From Chiloscyllium plagiosum (Eukaryota), in the NCBI RefSeq assembly GCF_004010195.1, contig NC_057720.1, positions 13,278,042 through 13,342,022 on the forward strand: a DNA stretch of 63,981 nucleotides, in the 5' to 3' direction. The notes beneath the pieces are model-generated. The model had not been told where the DNA came from. It worked only from the letters and a program-made list of their open reading frames with translations, and made no database searches. The position numbers and the translations under genes were made by a program. Positions 1 through 12,012 of this stretch are shown here, in pieces (position 1 is the first letter of the stretch; the number at the start of each line of letters is the position of its first letter).

Positions 1-260
1 CTATTGGGGGGGTCTATAATACAATCCCAATAAGGTGATCATCCCTTTCTTAGTTCTCAGTTCCATTCAAATAACTTCCCTGGATGTATTTCTGGGAATA
101 TCCTCCCTTAGCACAACTGTAATGCTGTCCCTTATCAAAAATGCCACTCCCCCTCCTCTCTTGCCTCCCTTTCTATCCTTCCTGTAGCATTTGTATCCTG
201 GAACATTAAGCTGCCAGTCCTGCCCATCCCTGAGCCATGTTTCTGTAATTGCTATGATAT

Positions 261-596
261 CCCAGTCCCATGTTCCTAACCATGCCCTGAGTTCATCTGC
301 CTCCTCTGTTAGGCCCCTTGCATTGAAATAAATGCAGTTTAATTTATTAGTCCTACCTTGTCTCTGCCTGCCCTGACTGTTTGACTCACTTCTGTCCTCA
401 GCTGTACCCGTCTCAGATTCCATCTCTTCCCAGTCCCATGTTCCTAACCATGCCCTGAGTTCATCTGCCTCCTCTGTTAGGCCCCTTGCATTGAAATAAA
501 TGCAGTTTAATTTATTAGTCCTACCTTGTCTCTGCCTGCCCTGACTGTTTGACTCACTTCTGTCCTCAGCTGTACCCGTCTCAGATTCCATCTCTT
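261..596. repeat. Perfect 168-bp tandem duplication within CR1 ORF2 start
   Basis: 261-428 and 429-596 are identical, giving the repeated 56-aa block in ORF 67..603. Confidence 0.95.
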
Positions 597-1290
597 TCCT
601 CACTATCTCCCTTGGTCACACCCACCCCACCTTACTAATTTAAATCCTCCCAAGCAGTTCTAGCAAATTTCCCTGCCAGTATATTAGTCCCCTTCCAATT
701 TAGGTGCAATCCATCCTTTTTGTAAAGGTCACTTCTGCCCCAAAAGAGATTCCAATGATCCAAAAATGTGAATCCTTCTCCCATACACCAGCTCCTCAGC
801 CATGCATTCATCTGCTGTATCCTCCTATTCCTGCCCTCACTAGCTCATAGCACTGGGAGTAATCCAGATATTACTACCCTGGAGGAACTCCTTTTTAAAT
901 TTCTGCCTAACTCTCTTTACTCTCCCTTCAGAATCTCCACCTTTTCCCTTCCAATGTCATTTGTTCCAATGTGGACAATGACCTCCTACTGGCCTCTCTC
1001 CCTGTGAGAACATTCTGCACCCTCTCTGAGACATCCTTGATCTTGGCACCAGGGAAACAACACACCATTCTGCTTTTTCTCTGCTGAATACAGAAACATC
1101 TGTCTGTACTTCTGACTACAGAATCCCCTAACACAATTGATCTTTTGGAAGCCGACGTACCCCTCATTGCATTAGAGTCAGTCTCAATACCAGAAACTTG
1201 GCTGTTCAAGCTACGTTCCCCTGAGAATCCATCATCCCCATCATTTTCCAAAACCGCATACCTGTTTGAAATGGGTATATCCATAAAAGA

Positions 1291-1507
1291 GGAGAAAGTG
1301 AGGACTGCAGATGCTGGAGATCAGAGCTGAAAATGTGTTGTTGGAAAAGCGCAGCAGGTCAGGCAGCATCCAAGGAACAGGAGAATCGACGTTTCGGGCA
1401 TGAGCCTTTCTTCAGGAGTCCTGAAGAAGGGCTTATGCCTGAAACGTCGATTCTCCTGTTCCTTGGATGCTGCCTGACTTGCTGCGCTTTTCCAGCAACA
1501 TATTTTC
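1291..1507. mobile_element. Penelope-derived fold-back element, family A
   Basis: ~90 bp inverted arms (1328-1417 / 1419-1508) around G1418; TSD atat(c/g)cataaaaga at 1277-1290 and 1508-1521; inserted in CR1 ORF1. Confidence 0.85.
1415..1454 (+). ncRNA. Minimal type I hammerhead ribozyme-like motif
   Basis: ggagtc-CTGAAGA-A-gggc(ttat)gcct-GAAA-CGTC-gattct: core, stem II and stem I present; stem III reduced to palindromic ACGT. A mirror copy lies on the - strand at 1388-1415. Confidence 0.6.
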
Positions 1508-1990
1508 ATATGCATAAAAGACTCCTGCACTAGCTGCCTACTTCTCTTACCCTTCCTGGAGTTAACCCACCTATGTGACTGTATCTGAAACTTTCCCCCC
1601 TTTCTATAACTGCCATCCATCACGTACTGTTGCTGTTGCAAATTCCTCATCGCTTCTATCTGTCTCTAACCGATCCACTCAATCTGATAAGATTCGCATC
1701 CAACAGCATTTATGGCATATATATCCACAGTAACCCTTAAACTCTCGTTCAACTCCCACATCTGACAAGAAGTACATATCACTGCAAAGGCCATTTTTGC
1801 TCCTTCACAACCTACAGACCCAGAAAATAACACCGTCTTATTCCTCTACAAACACTGCCCCAGGTTAAGTTAATAGCTACGGCTTATATTTTAAGTTTAA
1901 TCAAGAGTCTTATCTCCAAAAACCTATAATCCAGAAATAATCCACTATACTCACTACTGCAGCCTTTCTCTTGGACAGACTTAAAACAAC

Positions 1991-2426
1991 ACTTTGGTAA
2001 GAGTAAAAAGACGGGGTACTGGGCTCATGGTCGGATACTTGGTAGTGTGGATGAGCAGACCTAACCCTAGAAAAGAAGGTTTGGGGTGACTTGATAGAGG
2101 TGTACAAGATGATTAGGGGTTTAGATAGGGTTGACCATGAGAACCTTTTTCCATGTATGGAGTCCGCTATTACAAGGGGGCATAGCTTTAAATTAAGGGG
2201 TGGTAGGTATAGGACAGATGTTAGGGGTAGATTCTTTACTCAGCGAGTCGTGAGTTCATGGAATGCCCTGCCAGTAGCAGTGGTGGACTCTCCCTCTTTA
2301 TGGGTATTTAAATAGGCATTGGATAGGCATATGGAGGATAGTGGGCTAGTGTAGGTTAGGTGGGCTTGGATCGGCGCAACATCGAGGGCCAAAGGGCCTG
2401 TACTGCGCTGTATTGTTCTATGTTCT
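1991..2426 (+). mobile_element. 5'-truncated CR1 3' fragment nested in the 5' UTR of the first CR1
   Basis: IEVYKMIRGLDRVD..TRGHSFKLRGGR..FFTQRVVSSWNALP; (gttctat)n tail; short aacaa TSD. Confidence 0.85.
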
Positions 2427-4229
2427 AACAATTAACTTATCTGATTCTTTGCTGTGAACTTCGCCCAGCAGTTCCTCCAAGATTAGTTGTGAACTTCACT
2501 GTTTGTTAATTTTCCCAGATGCACTCCGATGTCCAGCGATACACAAATTCAAACAGCGAAGGTGGTAACTGTGCAGGTTCTCTCTCTCTCTCCTGCACTG
2601 TTCTCACCATGTGCTTCCTTTGTCTGCTCTTCTCCCTTTTAAACTGCTGTTGTTTTGACTTTTTTTTTCCAAAGTTCCAAAACAATGCAACAGCATATAA
2701 AACAGTAACTGCTGCTCCTGGAAATCGAGGAAACCACCTCCAACACCTAAAATACCTCAAAAAAAGGAGCAGCTCTTACAGCCAGAAATTTTTCCTGTCC
2801 TCCATCTTGGATTACCCAGAATCCCAGATAAAAGGCTAGAGGGATTTTCCTAGTGGAGGGAGAGTTTTGGAGGCAGTAAAAAGGTTTGCGGAACAGGAGG
2901 AAGACTGATGTCCAAAGAATTGTGTGCAGAGATAAGAGATGACGGAAGAAGAATTCACAGTCAAACTAAGTCCTTTGCAGAGTACAGAATATTCAACATC
3001 AGAGTGGGAGGTTTGAAGGGATAATAAATACCTGATGGAGTGGGCTTAGGAGTGATGATTCAAAGGGAAGGGGGATGGAAGATTACCTCAGTAACTCCAA
3101 GTTGCACACCATCCTGACTGCCAGATAGTGTCAGTCCTTTATTGTAATTGTGTCAAAATCTTGGTACTTAGCACTTATGGAATGACAGAGCAGGTTTGAA
3201 GAGTGAAATGGGCTACGTATGCTCTAAAGTTTGCACATTCTTAACAGAATTTTTGATGATTAGGTTATTTTTTAAAATTCCCCCCCTCTTTAATTGTGTT
3301 TTTGAACTTTTAATATTCCACGTGAGGTGACAAATGACATGTCTCCGTGTTTCATTGAAATGTAGCCCAGATTATCTGCCCAAATCTGGACTAGGCAGAT
3401 AATGTAGGTTCAGAAGGATTGAAATCTATAAATTAAAATCTATGTCTTTCGGAATAATGTGGAAGTCTGACAAAAACACGATAAAATAAACACCCAAGAT
3501 TTTTATTGAGAACCAATTGCAGGATTTTACATTAAGAAAATTAACTGATACACAAACAAAAATGTTAGTATTTCCAATGCATTCTGTCATCACTATATAA
3601 CTATATGTATGGATTGCAAAGCAGTGAAGTGTTTGAAGAGAGATCCACAAAGGGCTTTATTGTTTTAATTTTAAAGTACCTAAAGCAATGAACTGTAGAA
3701 CGTCCTTCATATGTACCTTTATTGCCACAGACATCAATCATTTTGAAATTTTGAAAGAATTTTTTGAATCACATAATAGGAGCAGATGTTTAGGGCCTGC
3801 CAGTATTTGGGGAGGAGAGCCATTACTGTGAGTGTTCATGAAAGAGAGGGATAAGTTTTGACAGTGGCCTGAAGCATGGCCTTTGAAGTTCTATTTCCTT
3901 AAATGCACTGATATAACGTTCTATTTGGAAGGTGAGTTGCTGTATTGAAAACGTGGAAAGCAATTGGAAATTTGGAAAGCAAATGATTTTCCTTCACTCT
4001 GGAAAATTGTGTCTAAGAGATAACATTGAATAGTACTGTGGAAAAAAGAAGGGTAATAAAATAGCTGAGAAAATTGTTTTTAGAATAATAGTCACCAAAG
4101 TATCTTTAAAGGAAGATGGGACAGATCCTGATCAAGTTCCTCATCGTTATTTTAAAGCCTGTTGGTTTTGGAAACTGCTCCCTTAAGAATAAAGGGAGAC
4201 TGATATCGTTATAATTATTAAAAGGGGTT

Positions 4230-4520
4230 AATGCGAACTGTAGCTATTGGCTCAATATCTTTATCTTGATAATAAAGGAAATGCTTGAGGGAATCATTGG
4301 GGATGAAATATATGAGCACTTAAACAAAAAATGCCCATTCAGAGAAACCCAAAGTGAATTTCAGAAAATGATGTGCCTTACAGTTTGGTATAAATATTTG
4401 GGGCAGTTGCAAGTTTAATGGATAAGGTAACCTGGTCAATATTGATAACCTGCACGGTTAGATAGTATTTGATAAGGTACAAGACTTTTCTGCAGGTTAA
4501 GATCTTGTGAAATTAGTGGG
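4230..4520 (+). mobile_element. Old degenerate CR1 RT fragment
   Basis: Decayed similarity to the KMLE.II.D.I..HL and FDKV region of CR1 RT. Confidence 0.5.
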
Positions 4521-4654
4521 ATTTGTCTGAATGCCCATATGTAGAAAATTGAATTTGGAGTGGCTGGAAACAAGTTGCTGATGGTGGCTTGTTGAAGCCA
4601 AGGTGCACAGGGCTTTGTAATTTACTATTTTCATTCAATTTGAAAAATTCTTTC

Positions 4655-4900
4655 TTTGAATATGATGTCACGAGCATTTGTTACCCATCCCTAATTGCTG
4701 TTGAACTGATTGGTTTATTAAGTCATTTTAGAGAGCCAGTCAACCACATAGTTCTACATTGGTCTGGAATCGCATTTAGGCGAGACAAATAAGAGATTAA
4801 CCTCCCTGAAGGGCATTATTGTATTAGATATTTTTAAGTTAATAAATAATTTAATGTTCACTATTACAGAGACTAGTGTTTAATGCTAGATGTATAAATT
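4655..4900 (-). mobile_element. Degenerate copy of SINE family B
   Basis: gcatttgttacccatccctaattgc and ccctgaagggcatta are shared with the copy at 43488-43838. Confidence 0.55.
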
Positions 4901-5771
4901 AATTTAATATAAATGACTGCATATATTTTAATTGGAAATGTAAACCAGGGAATTGGAGGTTTGTGTACTGCTGTGTTGGAGATAATGTACCAGTTTCCTT
5001 TACAATTCTCAGGAAAAGTGGAACTGTGTGATGTGCCATGTAGCCTTTGGAGAAGCTGGATTTGTTACTTTTGTGAGACAACATTGTTGTGACAGCTGGG
5101 TCACTAAATTTGTTCAAAGTTGAGATAAACGGATTTTAAATCAGTAACGGACTTGAGAGTTACAGGTAAAAAGCAGAAAAGTGGAGATGAGATTATCAGA
5201 TCTGCCATGATCTCATTGGCTGAATTGCCTGCTTCTGCTCTTCCATCTGAGTCATCTTGTCAAAAGACATTAGTGCCATGTTTTTACAACAGTTGACATG
5301 GTGGCCTTCATTCCAAATGGTTATTCATTCACATCCAAAGTGTGTGATTTTAAACTATGACCTAAGGTATTAGTCTGGAGTTGTGGATTATCACTAAGCC
5401 ACTGTCGTCTTCTGTGGTAACATAGTGTTTATGGTCCTGAATTAGCATTGCACAAGTTACAGAATTAATATATCTTCAGACTAATTAATTTGTGTTGAGA
5501 TCCAGAAAGCTGCCAGATTAATGAAAATGAGCAGCTGATGCCCTTCAAGAAAGGGAGCTTCCACTGTTACATGATTTAGCTTTATTAGAACTCCAATTTT
5601 GTGCTGCATGAATGCACTAACAGGGCAGATCAATATCTACCCACTTGAGGGTAGCTGCTTTTAATGTATTTTGAAGCAGAACTCCTAAGTCCCTTCTGTT
5701 CCATATCATCCTTACTTCTTCTGTTCAAGTATAATAATTTCTCATTTTTCTACCAAAAGTTACCAACTTAC

Positions 5772-6401
5772 AGCCTTTATTGGTCAGTGCATTGAGTACA
5801 GGAGTTGGGAGGTCATCTTGTGGCTATACGGGACATTGGTTAGACCACTTTTGAAATACTGCGTGCAATTCTGGTCTCGTTGTTACAGGAAAGATGTTAA
5901 ACTTGAAAGAATGTAGAATGGATTTAGAAGGTTGTTGCTGGTTTTGGAGGGTTTGAGCTGTGTGGGGGTGGGGGTGGGGGGGTTGTCGGGAGCTGAATAT
6001 ACTCGGGCTATTTTCCCTGGAGAGTCAGAGGCTGAGGGGTGACCTTTAAACGTTTTTAAAATCATAAGACCCCGTGGATAGGATGAATAGTCAAGGTTTT
6101 TTTCCCAGGGTAGTGGAGTCCAAAACTAGAATACGTAGGTTTAAGCTGAGAGGAAAAAGATCTAAAAGGGACCTAAGGGGCAACTTTTTCATGCAGAGGG
6201 TGGTGAGTGTATGGAATGTGCTGGCAGAGGAAGTAGTGGAGGCTGATACAATTACAACATTTAAAAGGCATCTGGATGGGTTTATGAATTGGAAGGGTTG
6301 AGAGGGATAAGGACCAAATGCTGGCAAATGGGACTAGATAAATTTAGGATATCTGGTCGGCATTGACGGGTTGGACAAAAGGTCTGTTTCCATGCTGTAC
6401 A
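5772..6401 (+). mobile_element. HER1-type CR1 3' fragment
   Basis: C-terminal ORF2 (ORF 6074..6301) and tail ggtctgtttccatgctgtac. Confidence 0.85.
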
Positions 6402-6920
6402 TAACACAGCACAGAAACGGACCCTTTGGTCCAATTCGTTCATGCCGGCTAGATATCCTAAACTAATCTAGCCCTATTTGTCAGCACTTGGCCCTTATCC
6501 CTCTAAACCGTTCCTTTTTATATACCCATCTAGGTGCCTTTTAAATGTTGTAATTGTATCAGCTTCCACCACTTCCTCTGCCAGCTCATTCCATATACTC
6601 ACCACCCTATACGTGAAAAGGCTGCTCCTTAGGTCCCTTTCTAAATTTATCACTTCTCACTCTAAACATATGCCCTCTGGTTCTGGACTCTCCACCCCAG
6701 GGAAAAGATTTTATCTATTTACCCTATCTATGCCCCTCATGCTTTTGTACACCATTGAGGTCACCCTTAACCTCTGATACTCCAGGGAAAACAACCCTAG
6801 CCTATTCAACCTCTCCCTATAGCTCAAATCCTCCAACTCTGGCAACATCCTTATAAATCTTTTCTGAACCTTTTCAAGTTTCACAACATTCTTCTGATAG
6901 GAAGGCGACCAGAATTGCTC
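6402..6920 (-). mobile_element. HER1-type CR1 3' fragment, tail-to-tail with the preceding copy
   Basis: Reverse complement of the same 3' region (ORF 6478..6777 reads its antisense). Confidence 0.85.
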
Positions 6921-8044
6921 AGAACAATATTCTCTTTTTAAATCTCATAAACTGAGTCATGTTCACCCGCTATAAAAACACAATAGAGCTGCTGACTGCA
7001 TGCTAATTCTAAAACTAACACAACCATAATAGTTCAGATATTTATGATGGTCCCTTGCAGAAAATGGGCATTAGCTCTATGACTCTATGAATTTATACCA
7101 ACATAGAATTTCATGATCTCTTTTTAATCAATCCTACAAAGCTTTCGATATCCCTTTGCAGTTTACTTTGCTTTCAGATTTACTTAGATAGTAAGTCCTG
7201 GCTTAAAGTTGTGATTCTTTGTCCTGAAAATTGCAACTTTAACTGAATCATACGTTCCCATAGGATTCAACACTAAAGGTAGAGTTCGGTTACTGTGGAC
7301 ATTTCTTGCTCAGAGAAAACAATGTACAAAGTTGAAATATTGTACCATGCTTGTGCAGTACTGTGCATTCATATCTGAAGTAACTTGCAAAATAAAAACA
7401 CATCTTTAAATATACAAGAAACACGATGTACTGTAAAAATGCACTCATCATTTAATGCTTTTAGCTTAACCTGACTCCACCTAGTGGCAGCTGTTCAATA
7501 CAAAGTCCTGGAACTTCAATGCACGTATGAATGGGCAAATCCAGGAGTGAGGCCAACATCCAGGACAATACCCCAGGCTTAAAGTAAGAGCAGAGGGCAG
7601 AATGCGAGTCTGCTGGGAAGAATAAGAACTTAAGACCTGGTGTGTGACAAGGCCAAGGTGAGGCCTGCCACAGATGGTAGGGAGCAGGGCCAGTAGGGGG
7701 AAGGAATCAGTGAAGGCAAGAGCAGAAGAACAGGGGACAAACAATATTAAGTGAGTCAACATTAAGTAAGGACTTTATTTGATAGAGTCTAGTTCTAGTA
7801 CAATCTGTAAATTTTGACATAATTCCATCAAACCCTTTAATTAAATCATTGGTGTATAAAGTGAACAGAAAACAAACCTTTTGAAAATACTATTACCCAG
7901 TGAACATAAATTTGAATCTTATTGTACTTGTTCCTATGATTCTAATTTACTATCCATTCCCTCGTTCCTTCCACATTAATCTTAGCCATTGAGTTATTAT
8001 GGCACAGAGGGTCTATTACGTTCTTCCCAGATTCCAGTTGATTT

Positions 8045-8268
8045 TCTCCAATAGGTAGTGATAAAATTGCCATATTCCCCGAGGGCTGCCCCCTCATTAG
8101 AGAGAGATATAACCAGTGGTGCATTTGACCGAAGGGTCATCATACCTCGGGCAAAGGGTCGTGAGGCTCAGAAGACAGAATCTTCACAGTACAGGAATTG
8201 AACCTGCACTGTTGGCATCACTGTGCACTGCAAACCAGCTGTGCAACCGACCGAGCTGACCACCCTCC
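8045..8268 (-). mobile_element. tRNA-derived SINE, degenerate
   Basis: Minus strand starts ggtcagctcggtcggttg and carries a B-box-like ggttcaattcc. Confidence 0.5.
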
Positions 8269-8284
8269 TTCACCAATAATCTCA

Positions 8285-8655
8285 TGGTGTCACGTTGAAA
8301 GCTTTGCGCTAATCCAAATATAGAATATCCATTGCATTTCTCTCATTCACTACATCTGTCACCTTGTCAGAGAAGTTTGCCAGATTTGTTGGGCATGTTC
8401 TTTCATTCTGAAATCTGTGGTGGCTGTTTCTAATTATTTTCTCTTCATCTATAATAATTTCATCTTTAATTAAAGATTCCAATATGTTCCTAGCCACAGA
8501 TGTTAAATTAACCTGGGTTGGCTCTGTCTTTTTGGAAATAAATATTAGATTGGCCACTCTCCAGTGCTTCTCCACACCTGCAATCTCAGTGAAACCCTGA
8601 AAAACACAGTTTAATTTTGAGTGGAATGTTGCTTTTATATTCCACCACAAATGCT
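8285..8655 (-). mobile_element. Old CR1 RT fragment
   Basis: ORF 8309..8650: WRVANL..LTSVARNILESLIKD..CPTNL..MDILYLD. Confidence 0.75.
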
Positions 8656-9332
8656 TTCAAAATGAAATGTAAAGCTTAAAATTTCCTCCCAATTTCTAAA
8701 CACCTCTGCAAATTATTCCCCCATTTTCCTGAGGCACTTTAGGATGTTTTCCAGAATGTCCTGACATTTTGACTTCTTTAATACATAGCTTTTTAAAAAT
8801 ATATTTTATTTTTAAACCAATTGATGACTTGCTTTCTCACGAATGTCCCTTTAAAAGCACCATTACTAAGTACATGTTAAGTATTCCTCATGTATTTTGG
8901 TTTGCTGATATCCTTTTAAGGAAGTAGACTTGTAGCCTTTAGCATTTACATTCTTCTAGTCCCACATCAGAATTGTTAACTGACGTTCATTTTCATCAAA
9001 CTACTCAGCTATCTCTCAAGGGCATCCAAAGCAGGTAACATTCAATATATATAATCAAAAAAAAATTGAGAGAAGTAATTTTTTTAGCAGTCTGTGTGAA
9101 TTGTAGGACAATCCACCTGGCATTGAAACATATTCCAGGTCAGCAGCAGTTTAAATCCTGACTGCTTTTAAATGTCTGGCTTCACTCCAGTTTGAGTATT
9201 TCACAAGTAAGCCTAGTTGAAGTTGATCAATACCCTTATGTGGTTGTAAAGCTGCTGCTGAGGCTAAATATGTTCAGTAAATCTGGTATGAGCTTTCAAT
9301 GAATACAAATAATTTTACGTTCTATTACGTTC

Positions 9333-10776
9333 TAGGTAACAGTGGCTGAAGGACCTGAACTTAAGGGAATTTATATTTGCCAGGATTTGGTGTTGGAGAG
9401 GCTGTTAGGTCTGAAGGTTGATAAGTCTCCGGGGCCTGATGGTCTGCATCCCAGGGTACTGAAGGAGGTGGCTCGGGAAATCGTGGATGCGTTGGTGATT
9501 ATTTTCCAGAGTTCAATAGATTCGGGGTCGGTTCCTGAGGATTGGAGGGTAGCTAATGCTTCCTCCTCCGTGCGTGCTTCCCTCCCTCCGTCCCTCCAGC
9601 TGCCTTTCAGGCCAGCCCTTGCCCACCAGGCTCCTGTAGTCTCCCACATCCCCACACAGGCCAACTGCAAGCCCTCCCCCTGCTTCATAGGGCCGCAGCC
9701 TGCATTCTCTCATCCTTCCACACTCCTCCCCCCCTCCATTTCGGAATGCCGGGCACTGGCCAGTGGGGTACCGCACGGATCAGTACTGGGACCGCAGCTT
9801 TTTACAATCTATCTTCAGGATATACAAGATGGTATTAGCAATAACATTCGCAAATTTCATCAGCTGGGTGGCAGGGTGAAATGTGATGAGGATGTTAGGA
9901 GATTACAGGGTGACCTGGACAAGTTAGGTGAGTGCTCAGATGCATGGCAGATGCACTTTCACGTGGATAAATGGATCCTTATCCACTTTGGTGGCAAGAA
10001 CAGGAAGGCAGATTACCACCTAAGTGGAATCAATTTAGGTAAAGGGGCAGTATAGAGAGATCTGGGGGTTCTTGTACACCACTCAATGAAGGTAAGCATG
10101 CAGGTACAGCAGGTAGTGAAGAAGGCTAATAGCATGCTGGCCTTCATAACAAGAGGGATTGAGTATAGAAGCAAAGAGGTCCTTCTGCAGCTGTACAGGG
10201 CCCTGGTGAGACCACACCTGGAGTATTGTGTGCTGTTCTGGTCTCCAAATTTGAGGAAAGACATTCTGGCTATTGAGGGAGTGCAGCGTAGGTTCACGAG
10301 GTCAATTCCTGGAATGGCGGGATTACCTTACACTGAAAGACTGAAGGGACTGGGCTTGTATACCCTTGAGTTTCGAAGACTGAGAGGGGATCTGATTGAG
10401 ATGTATAAGATTATGAAAGGATTGGACACTCTGGCAGCAGGAAACATGTTTCCGCTGATGGGTGAGTGCCTAATCAGAGGACACAGATTAAAAATACGGG
10501 GTAGACCATTTCGGGCAGAGATGAGGAGAAACTTCTTCACCCAGAGAGTGGTGGCTGTGTGGAATGCTCTGCCCCAGGGGGCAGTGGAGGCCCACTCTCT
10601 GGATTCATTTAAGAAGGAGTTGGATAGAGCTCTCAAAGATAGTGGAATCAAGGGTTATGGAGATAAGGCAGGAACAGGATACTGATTAGGAATGATCAGC
10701 CATGATTATATTGAATGGTGGTGCAGGCTCGAAGGGCTGAATGGCCTACTCCTGCACCTATTGTCTATTGTCTATT
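9333..10776 (+). mobile_element. Young 5'-truncated CR1 LINE (RT to 3' tail)
   Basis: KSPGPDGLHPRVLKE..WRVAN; GVPHGSVLGPQLF; open C-terminal 199-aa ORF 10086..10685; (ctattgt)n tail; central RT replaced by unrelated sequence at 9559-9734. Confidence 0.92.
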
Positions 10777-12012
10777 ACTTCAGTCATTTCTATAGAGGTA
10801 AACTCTTGTCTTTTTTTTGATAATTATTGACTAGGACCAGGTCTAGGACTAGGTCAAAATAAGCACTTTTTCTTCCTAATTTATTGATATTTTTCAGCTT
10901 CTCTAATTTTAAAACCCTGACTATGTCTATTTATAAGTAACCAAATTTCAATTTAAAGTTAAAATTGCTCAAAGTGGTATCTTCCTGCCCAAATTCTCTA
11001 TTGTGTATGTGCCTTTTAAATTTCTCAAAAAAGTGAGTAGAATTACATCACATTATTGGAGAAGTCTGATTTCAGTTTGATGTAAAGGCACCCTATCACC
11101 CAATTTTAATCTATGTTAAATTAGTACTGCAAGGAAATTGAAGTGTCTTGGCTGTCTGGAGGATATTTAATCAAAACTGACCTGTTCAAAGCTGGAGAAA
11201 CATGATATTGATCATAGAAAATGAACTGAAAGAAAAATTTAGAATGTTTGATTGTGGTTGCGTTATGTAACACTGCAGTCTGCACCTCATTTGATTACTT
11301 AAATTGGTGAACACATGTAATGTTTAAAATATCTGCCACAACAGCATGAGAACATATTCTCTTCAAGCTGTTGTTAACTGATTCTAAGTGAACTTTATCA
11401 AGATACTTCAAATTTAAAATGTAAGGTATGTTCTATTTATGTAATAACTACAGTTTGTTTTTGGTTCACATTTCCAAGTAGGAAAGTAGTACCTCTGAAT
11501 TATTCATTGAAGTGGTTCACCTTTAAGCCTGTCAAAATAAATCTGGTGCAGTTGTGTCCTCAATTCTCACCTGCTGTTAATTGGAATTTTGATCAATTTT
11601 AATTTATAATCAAAAGTGGACTATCAACCTGTTCTAAAAATGGTTAATATCCTGCAAGTGAAGAAAACTTACCTTTTAAAATAGCAAATGCACTATGAAT
11701 AAAAATTAGCGTAGAGTTTGAGAGTGATACAGCAACATTGCACAACTTTAACATTGTCATTTCGTTCTTTGAAAGGTTACAAATATTAACAGTAAGTAGG
11801 CATTTTCTAATTGTGAGGGAAGAATCAAAATTGTATCAATTAGTGTGCATCTCTAAGCAGATGGTTGAGGAGCACTTCCAGTAGGAGCCTTAACAATGGT
11901 GTCTTTCTGCTAAATGAGCTGAGGATTGATGAATGGTGATGAGGGATAAGGGAGGAGAGAAAAATTCAAAAGGTTAAGTTTTTAAGCTTTTGTTTAACAC
12001 TTGTACAGCTTA

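Larger units (their letters stand above)
1..2825 (-). mobile_element. CR1 LINE 5' portion (5' UTR, ORF1, start of ORF2 APE endonuclease); continues beyond window start
   Basis: ORF2 N-terminus CIYFNARGL..DIIAITETWL..YRKDR..GGGVA (ORF 67..603). ORF1 runs from ATG at 1794 (MAFAVICTSCQMWE, Zn finger) through IVLGDSVVR..VCCFPGAKIKDV (SGNH esterase) to TAG at 635-637, with frameshifts and insertions. Confidence 0.92.

Noticed and set aside
1291..1507. Classifying the fold-back elements as MITEs or pre-miRNAs
   Set aside because: Arms are of unequal length, single-arm copies exist, TSDs vary (11-15 bp) and one copy is linked to a PLE-like ORF end; this fits retroposition.
1321..1650. Near-identical ORFs on both strands (CCWKSAA.QAASKEQENRRF), repeated at 54856..55071
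   Set aside because: They are a by-product of the DNA palindrome in a repeat, not genes.
7473..7491. Second CTCF-like motif on the minus strand (tgccactaggtggagtc)
   Set aside because: Mismatch in the GGC core and no other support.
10086..10685. 199-aa ORF and other RT-like ORFs (9342, 12957, 22172, 30989, 37719) as host genes
   Set aside because: All are fragments of LINE ORF2 in truncated or disrupted elements.
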